From a virus (lineage: Duplodnaviria > Caudoviricetes), in the IMG/VR virus record IMGVR_UViG_3300037761_000042, positions 1 to 58,741 of that record: a DNA stretch of 58,741 bases; one strand, 5' to 3'. The translations under genes were made by a program, and so were the position numbers. Below, piece after piece: positions 35,695 to 44,013 of the stretch. The notes beneath the pieces are model-generated. The model saw only the letters and a program-made list of their open reading frames with translations. It was not told where the DNA came from and did not search any database. Numbering within the stretch: the first letter of the stretch is position 1; every line of letters starts with the position of its first letter.

Positions 35695-37516
35695 AAAGCT
35701 TTCCTTTCGCCTTAATAAGACTTTGTAAACAAAGTTCTGATATGTCACCAATGTACGAATACCATTCTATAAATTTCACTAATACTTGCATGTAATCAGT
35801 ACAAAACATGGTTGTTTCCATTTCAAATTTCAAATGTACACTTTGAACCACGTGCATAAGAAACTTTTGAAAGGTATCACTGTATTTAGTCTGTATTTCC
35901 ATTCTTGGTGCTATCACTTCTTTGCGTATTTCAGTATATCTTTCAGTATTTGGCTTGTTTTCAAGTTCTTCTTTATACTTTTTGCATAAATCAGCACCTT
36001 TAATACAGTTGTTTATAATTTCTCTGACTTCAACTTCTGTATGTTCAATTATTTCTCTTAATCTTTCTGTATCACTTTTAGCCGTTGTAAAATGTTTAAG
36101 ATTTTCCTTAATTATTTCAACTGGATTGAATGTTTCGGCTATATATCTTTCAATAGTTTCGTCAAATTTGGCAATTTGTGTACCTTGTATATATGCTCCA
36201 CCCTCAGTGCAATTAATTACATGCCCCTTGTGTTGAGCAATATCCATTTCATAAGCTTTCAAGAAATTATACCAACCAGAATTAGTCTTTATTTCATCGG
36301 CATAATTACCTCTTACATTAAAAATTCCTTCACCTTCTGAGGTAAAAGGAACTGGAGTTGCATGAGTTTCATCATTTGGCCCGTATGCTAAGTCTTGCCC
36401 AACTAAGACGATCGGGTCGCAACCTAAAGCCTCTGCAATTTTAAAAGCCATATTAGAGCTACTTAGTTTTATATCAAGTATTCCCCTATCAATTTCTAAC
36501 CATTTAAAATGGTCAAAATTACGGTATGCAATGATTTGTGGCCCATTGTATGATTTATATACATGGTTAAATAAAACAGGACAGGCGGTCATATAAACGT
36601 CTTTTACGGCATCGGGTTCAAAACCATCAAAGAATTGTTGCACTTCGTGTTCCCTTTCGAGGCTTGTAACTATATGCGGCTTAATACCGTTATTCATTAA
36701 AAATTTAAAGCTTGCATCAACGCTTATTATCAACGCTTTATCTTCAAGACCTTTAAGTAAGTGCATATTTTTTTTTAAACTCGGACCCGTTGCAACAATT
36801 ACCGCTGGTTTGCCTTTAAACTTATCATATAGCAAGTTAATTCCTGGATTATTAACAATCTCACTTACATTATCAAGCATATTTTCCAAACCTATCAGCG
36901 AATCTTCTGGACAATTGCCATAATTCTGTATAGTGTGATAAAGGGCTTCAAACAATATTTGCATTGCTCTTATATAATAATCTTTACCTATTTTCATGGG
37001 CGGATATAAAAATACTGGTTGTGTAGCTCCACACATTAACGTCTCTTGAATGTTAATCTGAAAATGTGTTCGTAATACTGTATATAATTGATCTATTGGA
37101 ATTCCGACAAATAAATGTACTCGTGGATTGCTGATTATTTGAGTTAAATCAGTAACATTCATTGCTGCCATAAACATTTCTGGATCTTTTTCAAATATTA
37201 TCAATGCTTGCGATTGAAATTCTTTTGATTTAACAGACATAAAATACATTACTTCATATCCTAAACCAATACCGCAAAATACCGGAACTTTTACATTATC
37301 TAATTCCAAGCCTTTGAATTGCTCTTCGCAATATTGTTGAATATTTCCAATATAGTATGTTTGCCCTCCAACCAAAACATTAGGAATGCAATTTTCATGC
37401 TGTACAAGTTGATATTTTTGTCCAACTTCAACCATAGTTAATATTAATGATAAGTCTGGGTATCTTTGTTGTAATGCGTTCCAGTTATTTTTAAATATCT
37501 CTGGATTAATATTCAT
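35681..37516 (-). CDS. maf: Maf-family (MAF_flag10/DUF115) protein O-nonulosonyltransferase
   Basis: PAVIVATGPSL.KN, IISVDAS, GIKPH.V.S.E, A..LGCDPIVLVGQDLAY, INCTEGGA.I; N-terminal FKNN.NAL and G.GLGY...IIFEKD. Confidence 0.88.
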   Translation of the reverse strand: MNINPEIFKNNWNALQQRYPDLSLILTMVEVGQKYQLVQHENCIPNVLVGGQTYYIGNIQQYCEEQFKGLELDNVKVPVFCGIGLGYEVMYFMSVKSKEFQSQALIIFEKDPEMFMAAMNVTDLTQIISNPRVHLFVGIPIDQLYTVLRTHFQINIQETLMCGATQPVFLYPPMKIGKDYYIRAMQILFEALYHTIQNYGNCPEDSLIGLENMLDNVSEIVNNPGINLLYDKFKGKPAVIVATGPSLKKNMHLLKGLEDKALIISVDASFKFLMNNGIKPHIVTSLEREHEVQQFFDGFEPDAVKDVYMTACPVLFNHVYKSYNGPQIIAYRNFDHFKWLEIDRGILDIKLSSSNMAFKIAEALGCDPIVLVGQDLAYGPNDETHATPVPFTSEGEGIFNVRGNYADEIKTNSGWYNFLKAYEMDIAQHKGHVINCTEGGAYIQGTQIAKFDETIERYIAETFNPVEIIKENLKHFTTAKSDTERLREIIEHTEVEVREIINNCIKGADLCKKYKEELENKPNTERYTEIRKEVIAPRMEIQTKYSDTFQKFLMHVVQSVHLKFEMETTMFCTDYMQVLVKFIEWYSYIGDISELCLQSLIKAKGKLYADI

Positions 37517-38370
37517 TATATCGCTCCAATCGTCTGTTTAATCTCATTTACAGTAAGAAACCATTTATTTGTACCGCTGCTATATCCTGGTTCCATCTCT
37601 TCGTGAATTTTCTCGCCTTGACGTATGCCAATCACTTTATAAGGCATTCCAAAAGATGCTGCAAGGTCGACAATACGAATGCTTGGTAGCTTTGGTATAA
37701 ACAGTTCTCCGCCTTGCATTTTTTCAAGGCTATCAGTAACAAATCTCACCGTATCTGACATTAAAAACCAAAATCTTGTCATTTCTTCGTGGGTAACTGG
37801 CAATTCGTCAACGCCTTGCTCAATTAATTTTTTCCAAACTGGTACGATCGAACCATTCGAACCCACAACATTACCATATCGGCATATTGAAAACCTAATA
37901 TCATCATTCGCCGCATATTTGTTTGCGCCAAGCCAGAGTTTTTCAGCTAAAGCTTTGCTTGTACCATATGTATTTACCGGATTAACTGCTTTGTCAGTTG
38001 ATATAAACAGGCATTTATTTACTTTTCTCTCTATGCAAGCATCAATTACATTTTGAGTTCCTTGTACATTAGTTAGCATTGCTTCGCTTGCGTTATACTC
38101 GCATGATTCAAGGTCTTTTATAGCCGCACAATGCAATACTATATCTACTCCATTAAGTGCTCTCAAAAGCCTGTCTTTGTCTCTTATATCACCGATAAAC
38201 CAACGGTAATTTGACGGATTTCCTAACTCATTTCTTAGATTCATTTGTTTTTGCCAACATCTTGAAAAACATATTACTTTTTGAGGATGTTGATCTAATA
38301 AAAATTTAGAATAAGCCGTTCCGAATGATCCTGTCATCCCAGTTATCAAAATTGTTTTATTTTTAAACAT
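37516..38370 (-). CDS. pseB: UDP-GlcNAc 4,6-dehydratase (inverting), PseB-like
   Basis: ILITG.TGSFG, FIGDIRD, H.AA.K, ISTDKAVNPVN.YG.SK, RYGNVVGS.GS, MTRFW, GIR.GEK.HE. Confidence 0.88.
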   Translation of the reverse strand: MFKNKTILITGMTGSFGTAYSKFLLDQHPQKVICFSRCWQKQMNLRNELGNPSNYRWFIGDIRDKDRLLRALNGVDIVLHCAAIKDLESCEYNASEAMLTNVQGTQNVIDACIERKVNKCLFISTDKAVNPVNTYGTSKALAEKLWLGANKYAANDDIRFSICRYGNVVGSNGSIVPVWKKLIEQGVDELPVTHEEMTRFWFLMSDTVRFVTDSLEKMQGGELFIPKLPSIRIVDLAASFGMPYKVIGIRQGEKIHEEMEPGYSSGTNKWFLTVNEIKQTIGAI

Positions 38371-38875
38371 TTATTGTCGCTCCTTTGTTAATACTTGCCC
38401 AATATGGATGGTGTTTTAATTTTTCTAAGATATATACTTCTCTAGCTTCTGCTTTATTCGGATATACACCTAAATATTTAGGTATTTTGTTAATTACAAT
38501 TTGAGCAACATATTTCCCTGATTTTTTATGAAAATAATATCCCTTTGCTTTTGAATTTTGTTTATTTTCGCTATCAGTTACAATATTTAGATTTTCATCA
38601 CTATTATCAAGCGTATCCATGTTAATATGATCTATTTTTATTTTTGGATCAATTACACTTTTTAAATATCTATGCAGTTTTATGGTAGTCTTTTTATCAT
38701 TTATTCTTATATGTCCATAAACATAATAATTTTTAACTCTTTTATCATAAACAGCATACCATCTGCCCTTGAAATCATTTGCCATGTTTAAATTGCATAA
38801 AGATATTTTTGTTTTAATATTATTTTGCAATAAAATATAAACATAATTTCCATTAATGATTATATTATTTTCCAT
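38363..38875 (-). CDS. HNH-AP2 homing endonuclease
   Basis: LHRY, IDHIN.DTLDN...NL, KGYYFHKKSGKYVAQI...YLG. Confidence 0.9.
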   Translation of the reverse strand: MENNIIINGNYVYILLQNNIKTKISLCNLNMANDFKGRWYAVYDKRVKNYYVYGHIRINDKKTTIKLHRYLKSVIDPKIKIDHINMDTLDNSDENLNIVTDSENKQNSKAKGYYFHKKSGKYVAQIVINKIPKYLGVYPNKAEAREVYILEKLKHHPYWASINKGATINV

Positions 38876-38908
38876 TTTCCGCACCTCCTAAAGCGCCCTA
38901 TTTATGCA

Positions 38909-38963
38909 AGCAAAAAGAGAGGCTAGGAAACCTCTCTTGTCGAGTCGCGAACTCTATTTTGCT
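38909..38963 (-). ncRNA. Three-way-junction leader RNA, copy B
   Basis: P1 AGCAAAA/UUUUGCU, P2 GAGU/ACUC, P3 AAGAGAGG/CCUCUCUU; loop UUCCUA complementary to SD UAGGAG. Confidence 0.6.
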
Positions 38964-39012
38964 ATAGTGTTTTAATTCCTGTTATAAGTATTGTTTTATC
39001 GCTCCAATCCAT
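38962..39012 (-). pseudogene. Orphaned PseB-like N-terminus (MDWSDKTILITGIKTL)
   Basis: Perfect AGGAGG SD; KTILITG is identical to the start of pseB. Confidence 0.65.
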
Positions 39013-39013
39013 A

Positions 39014-39238
39014 TTATTCCTCCTGTGTTCCGAATTCGGCTAATTTTTTAGGAATTATTTTTAACTTTAGTTCAGGGAAGCATATTTCCGTTTTTGTTTC
39101 GGCTTTTATTTCAATTTCTTGTAAACCAGTTAAACGTTTTCCATTAAGATATAACTCTCCCATTCCGTGAGTTTCTTTTTGAATATAAACAAGTATTGGA
39201 GTCTTATCTAATTTTAACTCAAATGGTTTTTCGGTCAT
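39014..39238 (-). CDS. Hypothetical protein
   Basis: 74 aa, coupled to the NeuB-like gene. Confidence 0.55.
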   Translation of the reverse strand: MTEKPFELKLDKTPILVYIQKETHGMGELYLNGKRLTGLQEIEIKAETKTEICFPELKLKIIPKKLAEFGTQEE

Positions 39239-39239
39239 T

Positions 39240-39887
39240 TCAAAGCACCTCCGACAATTGTTTTGGTGTTTTCATAAATGGGCCAGCATCTAATCCAGTA
39301 GAATCTGAAAGACCGTAATGCCATTCAATCACCGCTGGTTCAAATTTCCTAAATAAAGAAAAACATGTTGTATGGTCGCTTATGCCACCGTGAAGCTGAC
39401 TCGGTGAAAAAATAGTTATGTAATCATCATATTTTGCAGGATAGCTTGAAATGCAACGTAAACATATATCGTGCTGTAACGGAAACGCCCAACTATCATT
39501 GAAATACGGTATTGCCGGATTATATTCTCCGATACTAACACATATTTTATATTTTCTTGGTATTTCTCCAATCAAATAATCAAGTTTTCGGTTATTGGCT
39601 ATTTTTATAAAGGGCACATCATACCCCAATAAAAAATCCAGTGAATTTTTATCAAAAACACTAGCTGTAACTTTATATCCCAAACTTGTTCCGTATTCAT
39701 ATGCATAATTAAAGCAATCATGTGTTAGTGGGATATTATCTCCTGCTTTTTCAAAAAGTTGCCATTTGCAGATTATTTCATGCTTGCCTGTGTCAACTGC
39801 TTTTAGTTCGTCATACATTCTTTTTGTATAATCCCAATTATTTTTATTTGTGTTGCCGCTGCCTAAGTCCAGTATAATTTTAGCCAT
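39240..39887 (-). CDS. NeuB/PseI-family nonulosonic acid synthase lacking the C-terminal SAF domain
   Basis: KWQLF, ASVFD, FIKIA, C.S.YP, G.SDHT, IE.H..L....G.D motifs. Confidence 0.8.
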   Translation of the reverse strand: MAKIILDLGSGNTNKNNWDYTKRMYDELKAVDTGKHEIICKWQLFEKAGDNIPLTHDCFNYAYEYGTSLGYKVTASVFDKNSLDFLLGYDVPFIKIANNRKLDYLIGEIPRKYKICVSIGEYNPAIPYFNDSWAFPLQHDICLRCISSYPAKYDDYITIFSPSQLHGGISDHTTCFSLFRKFEPAVIEWHYGLSDSTGLDAGPFMKTPKQLSEVL

Positions 39888-39904
39888 GTTATCACTCCTA
39901 AAGT

Positions 39905-40099
39905 TTATTCTTCAATAATTGCATAAATAAATATGCCCGCAAGTATAAGCAATGTTATTGCTAATGGAATCCAAATTGGGCTTAATATCCACATCCATGA
40001 CCAATCAATATAATGAGTTAGCTTCAGCACAATAAATACAATCGTTAACAAACCGCAAAAACCAATTCCGCCACTAGAGCTATTATTTTTTGTACTCAT
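39905..40099 (-). CDS. Small two-TM phage membrane protein
   Basis: GGIGF.GLLTIVFIVLKL...IDWSW.W.LSPIW. Confidence 0.7.
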   Translation of the reverse strand: MSTKNNSSSGGIGFCGLLTIVFIVLKLTHYIDWSWMWILSPIWIPLAITLLILAGIFIYAIIEE

Positions 40100-40291
40100 A
40101 TTATTCGCCCCTCTTTTATAAATAGTTTGAATTCTGGTAATGCTTCAATTATTTCTATATTGTTCTTTTTACATTTTTTTGCATTCCCATTTATATTTTA
40201 TATCTTTCTCTAGATGCCCAAAACTTATAAATAAGTCAGTATAAATAGTATCACAATGTTTACAAATTAAACTTTCTATTATTCGACTCAT
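40096..40291 (-). pseudogene. Zn-ribbon protein frameshifted in an A7 tract
   Basis: CKHC...WECKK then stop; removing one A restores CKKC and ATGA coupling to the next gene. Confidence 0.55.
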
Positions 40292-40848
40292 TTGTTTATC
40301 GCTCCTTTTCCTATAACGTCTCTTATTGGTGTATCCCAACCTTTTTCTAAAAGATGTATGTATTTTTCTTTATCTCTAAAGTTGTGATATGTAGTTTGCT
40401 TGTACCGCTTTGCTTTGCCATTCCGTATATACGGCCATGCTTTCTCAAATAAATCTTCTATACAGCCAGAAAGTTTTGCGTAAAATGTTCGCAATGTGTC
40501 ATTAATATCATATTTCATATACCGTTGACAAATTATATCTCCTGTATCCAACCCCTCGTCAATAAAATGAACAGTAACGCCTTTTGGCGTATTATCCAAA
40601 AAACTCCACAAGTTAGGATCGGCTCCACGGTTCCACGGCAAATAACTTATGTGCAAATTAATAGCCCTATCCTTAAATTTATCAAGAACGGGCTTTCCTA
40701 TAATGTGCCGATATCCATAACTGATTATAAAATCTTTATCTTTTAATATTTCATCTGTTAATGGCTCTATTGTTTGTGTTACCTCGTCACCATGCGACAT
40801 GAGATATTGTATTAAGTGTATGTGTGGGCTTAGAAATAGTATTTTCAT
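40288..40848 (-). CDS. Formyltransferase (Formyl_trans_N), sugar N-formyltransferase-like
   Basis: IISYGYRHII, INLHISYLPWNRGADPN, GVTVHFIDEGLDTGDII.Q. Confidence 0.9.
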   Translation of the reverse strand: MKILFLSPHIHLIQYLMSHGDEVTQTIEPLTDEILKDKDFIISYGYRHIIGKPVLDKFKDRAINLHISYLPWNRGADPNLWSFLDNTPKGVTVHFIDEGLDTGDIICQRYMKYDINDTLRTFYAKLSGCIEDLFEKAWPYIRNGKAKRYKQTTYHNFRDKEKYIHLLEKGWDTPIRDVIGKGAINK

Positions 40849-40858
40849 TGTATCGCTC

Positions 40859-41194
40859 CTAGTCTTTTATTAAACTTAAACTAAATAATCTATCGATATC
40901 ACTTGGCATATGTCCATCCCATACAGGTGCAGTATTAAATTCCTTAACTTCAAACATGTTCCAATAATCTTTATGATAGTGATATGAATAATCTCCTTCA
41001 GGAGTAAACACGCCAACTATAAAATAATCATCAAACATTGTACCGTCTGAATGTTTCCATGATTTCCAAGCATGGGTTTTGTTTTGATTGCATATAATCG
41101 CAAATAAACACATTCTATGATAATAAAGTTCATCAAATGTATGGTATCCGTCACTTATTTGACCTTTAGCTTCTACATCAAATTCAAATTTCAT
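40859..41194 (-). CDS. Conserved phage protein with WDGH motif
   Basis: SDGYHTFDELY.HR..LF, WKS..H.DG, SYHY, AP.WDGH. Confidence 0.7.
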   Translation of the reverse strand: MKFEFDVEAKGQISDGYHTFDELYYHRMCLFAIICNQNKTHAWKSWKHSDGTMFDDYFIVGVFTPEGDYSYHYHKDYWNMFEVKEFNTAPVWDGHMPSDIDRLFSLSLIKD

Positions 41195-41744
41195 TGTATC
41201 GCTCCTTGTTAAAATTTATATATTCACTGTCATAATATAGGCCGTTCCAATATTTGCGATTAGGTAATATAGCCAACCTTGAATTGTACTTGTTGGCTTG
41301 TTGCATCCAAAATTTGTTATATGGGCTACATTCGTAAACCTCAGTATAAATATTCTCCAAATTCATATTCATAAAACCTTCATGCAGCAATAAATCTAAC
41401 GCTATTTCGCCATACTTGTTTATTAGAAACTTAGTATAAAATATTAAGCTTATTTCTGCATTTCGATTTTCTAAAGATATATTTTCAAGGCCACACATTC
41501 CAATTAATCCAGCATTTTGTTCGGGTATGAGGTTTCCCATAACGTCACGATTTAATACTTGGTTATCATTTTCGACTATTCCCCAATATCTCGAATTGGC
41601 TTGTCTATTGCAAACTACATCAGAATAAAAATTCATTTGCTGCTGCTGTGTTAATGGAAATGATGTTCTTAGCATTGGAAGTTGTTCATTTCGCCATTGC
41701 CTGACTTGTTCACAATCTGATAAGGATAATGCTTTTAGTTTCAT
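41184..41744 (-). CDS. GNAT N-acetyltransferase, PseH/RimL-like
   Basis: D.EQVRQWRN, IG.CGL.NI...NRNAEISL, GF..MNLE.I..EVY; start MKLKAL. Confidence 0.8.
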   Translation of the reverse strand: MKLKALSLSDCEQVRQWRNEQLPMLRTSFPLTQQQQMNFYSDVVCNRQANSRYWGIVENDNQVLNRDVMGNLIPEQNAGLIGMCGLENISLENRNAEISLIFYTKFLINKYGEIALDLLLHEGFMNMNLENIYTEVYECSPYNKFWMQQANKYNSRLAILPNRKYWNGLYYDSEYINFNKERYNEI

Positions 41745-41755
41745 ATTATCGCTCC

Positions 41756-41950
41756 TTAAATCCAATTCATTTTATAAATAGTGTTAGGATCAATTTCTTT
41801 TCCTTTTTTTGTTAAAACCATGTTGCATCCTTCTGCAAAATAATCGTCTGCAAATATTTCAAATAATGCTTCTACGTTTTTCAAGGATAAATTTTTATCT
41901 TTTGTCTGAGTTAATAATTGTATTAATTTATTTGTTTCAATATATTTCAT
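41756..41950 (-). CDS. Hypothetical protein
   Basis: 64 aa; SD AAGGAGCGA; preceded by leader copy C. Confidence 0.55.
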   Translation of the reverse strand: MKYIETNKLIQLLTQTKDKNLSLKNVEALFEIFADDYFAEGCNMVLTKKGKEIDPNTIYKMNWI

Positions 41951-41996
41951 ATTACTCGCTCCTTTATATTATTATTTTTTCGCCCCAATATTTAAA

Positions 41997-42053
41997 TAGC
42001 ACAGGGAAACCGAGGAGCGAATTCGGTTTGTCGGTGATAACCGTCCCTGGCTA
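41997..42053 (-). ncRNA. Three-way-junction leader RNA, copy C
   Basis: P1 UAGC-CAGGGA/UCCCUG-GCUA, P2 CGGU/ACCG, P3 AAACCGA/UCGGUUU; loop UCGCUCC complementary to SD GGAGCGA. Confidence 0.6.
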
Positions 42054-42057
42054 AAAT

Positions 42058-42657
42058 TTACTTTATTTGATTTTCTTTAATCTGTTTTTCTAAAATTAAT
42101 ATGCCGACAGTTCCCCATTGCTGACCGCCTAATACCCGGACGTGATAATTTTTAAACATGGTTTTTAATACAGCATTTATTCTTACGCCTTTGCAGTATA
42201 TCCAAGGATTCACGAAGTACTGTAGACCTTTACTGTTGTTACCTTTATAAATTATATCCGCTTTAATTAATCCGCTTAAAACTTGGCTTAATTTTCCTCT
42301 ACTCATTCCAGATATATCAACTAAATCCTCAAAATCAAGAACTCTTCCATTATCAAATTTTAAGCAGCAATCTTCATAACCTACATAAGTAGCGATGGAA
42401 AATAAAAAAGCCCTATCATAAACTGAAAGGCTTTTCATTAACTCTCTTATTTCTGGTATATGTCCTTTAAAGAAATGTTCAAGATTCCACTCTTGTTTAT
42501 CACCGCTTTTAATAGCTGCGTATTCTCTCATTTCCTTATCCTTTTTACTCTTTAGAGAATTTCTACTAATAATTAAATCACTTTTTTTAATTTTCCTATT
42601 GACATTACCATTTAAATCTGTTAGCAGTCCTACTATTTGCTCATCATCATCCATCAA
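42058..42657 (-). CDS. RepL/MarR-like winged-helix DNA-binding protein
   Basis: EDLVDISGMSRGKLSQVLSGLIKADII HTH and YFVNPWI..KG. Confidence 0.65.
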   Translation of the reverse strand: MMDDDEQIVGLLTDLNGNVNRKIKKSDLIISRNSLKSKKDKEMREYAAIKSGDKQEWNLEHFFKGHIPEIRELMKSLSVYDRAFLFSIATYVGYEDCCLKFDNGRVLDFEDLVDISGMSRGKLSQVLSGLIKADIIYKGNNSKGLQYFVNPWIYCKGVRINAVLKTMFKNYHVRVLGGQQWGTVGILILEKQIKENQIK

Positions 42658-42669
42658 TTTACCTCATTT

Positions 42670-42708
42670 CAGTTCACCACATGAACTAAACAGTTCACCA
42701 CATGAACT
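42670..42708. repeat. Two 18-bp direct repeats, each an interrupted palindrome
   Basis: CAGTTCACCACATGAACT at 42670-42687 and 42691-42708 (AGTTCA-N5-TGAACT). Confidence 0.9.
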
Positions 42709-42879
42709 TGACCAATTGGCTTATAACCCTTTATATAAGCATGTTTTAAGCCTGTTTTTTCGTTTTCTATCCCTCTTTATCTTACATCTTATTTTCTACG
42801 GTAATTCAGTCTCTTTTTAAGCCCTTTTTATTTTTTAAAAAATTTTTAAAGTTGGGTTTAACCAGTCTCCCATTTTAAA

Positions 42880-42939
42880 CATAAGAAAAAGAGAGGTGGA
42901 GTTCCTCTCTTATTGGGCAGCTGACCCTATTTTCTTATG
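42880..42939 (-). ncRNA. Three-way-junction leader RNA, copy D
   Basis: P1 CAUAAGAAAA/UUUUCUUAUG, P2 GGG/CCC, P3 AAGAGAGG/CCUCUCUU; loop CUCC with GGAG just downstream. Confidence 0.55.
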
Positions 42940-43106
42940 AAATTTAACCTCTTTTTGTTTTGAAAAATTTATTTTTGCGCTTAATCGCAAGCTTTCTCGA
43001 AACGATTAGGTAATTAGACCTCCCCACCCTTGATACAAGCCAACTTCCTTAATTACACGAAACTATAATTTTGTTTACTATACGTTACATACAATGGCTG
43101 TATCCC

Positions 43107-43628
43107 TTATGTATCAGTGCTTTCAGCCTTATTCTGTTTCTTCTTTAATTCGTTTATCTTACCTTGTATATCGTCATTAGTTAGTTGGTCACTAGATGTA
43201 GTGGTATTAACTTCTATCTTATCTATCCAACCAAATTGTTTAAGCCCAAATATACCACGAATTGGATTAACTTTGCCTTGTAATGAAGCTTCATCAAGAT
43301 AATTTTCGCATATATCTTTAGCTCTTTTTATACAGTCAGAAAACTCTGGTTTTATTGCATAATCATCTAATGTTTCTCTTGATGTATTTAAACAAACAGC
43401 AAGTCCAGTAACAGTATAAGGCTTTACTTGACGCATCAAAGGATTACCTTCTCTATCAAAGTCTTGTATCCATATATATTCACCAGTATTCTTGCCTTTA
43501 TCATCTTTTATTGATTCTTGATGCCAAACTTCTTCCCAACATGATTTGAAATAACCATCTATTTTCTGTTGTAATTCTTCTACAGAACTAAACTTTAACG
43601 GTCTACCACCCTTTATAGGTACTGTCAT
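43107..43628 (-). CDS. terS: Terminase small subunit
   Basis: GGRPLKF.SVEELQ.KID.YF, PYTVTGLA..L.TSRETL..Y, IF.LK.FGW.DK. Confidence 0.9.
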   Translation of the reverse strand: MTVPIKGGRPLKFSSVEELQQKIDGYFKSCWEEVWHQESIKDDKGKNTGEYIWIQDFDREGNPLMRQVKPYTVTGLAVCLNTSRETLDDYAIKPEFSDCIKRAKDICENYLDEASLQGKVNPIRGIFGLKQFGWIDKIEVNTTTSSDQLTNDDIQGKINELKKKQNKAESTDT

Positions 43629-43836
43629 ATCTTTTCACCTACCTTCCTTATGTTTCAACATATTCACTTGTTCTTGTATTGAGATATTTCCGTTTATTAA
43701 TAACCCTTTGTATCTTTACTGCCTTTGCTCTATTACCTTTTAATAGTTCTTCATTTCTCCATTCTATTAATATTGGATGTGGAGGAACCATTAATTTTAT
43801 ATCATTAATTTTATATCATTCAATTAACCACTTCCT

Positions 43837-44013
43837 TTACCATCTACCTAAAGATACATTTACACCTTGTCTACTCAATATAGTTGTCAATCCTTTTTTA
43901 ACTGCCAATATATCACCTTGTTTCAACTTACCTCTTAAAGTATCGTATTGCTGTTTGGTTAAATTATTGCGATGATTGTTAAGGTAATGTATGTGTTTAG
44001 TTATATGGTTCAT
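43837..44013 (-). CDS. Small conserved phage protein (58 aa)
   Basis: LTKQQYDTLRGKLKQGDILAVKKGL; ATGA-coupled to the aminotransferase. Confidence 0.6.
   Translation of the reverse strand: MNHITKHIHYLNNHRNNLTKQQYDTLRGKLKQGDILAVKKGLTTILSRQGVNVSLGRW

Noticed and set aside
38370-38976. Group I intron in pseB
   Set aside because: Under 100 nt remain outside the HNH ORF, too little for a catalytic core, and pseB has its own SD and full N-terminus
42780-43100. tRNA gene in the non-coding stretch after terS
   Set aside because: No cloverleaf or T-loop GTTCRA in the right context; I found no tRNA or rRNA anywhere by eye
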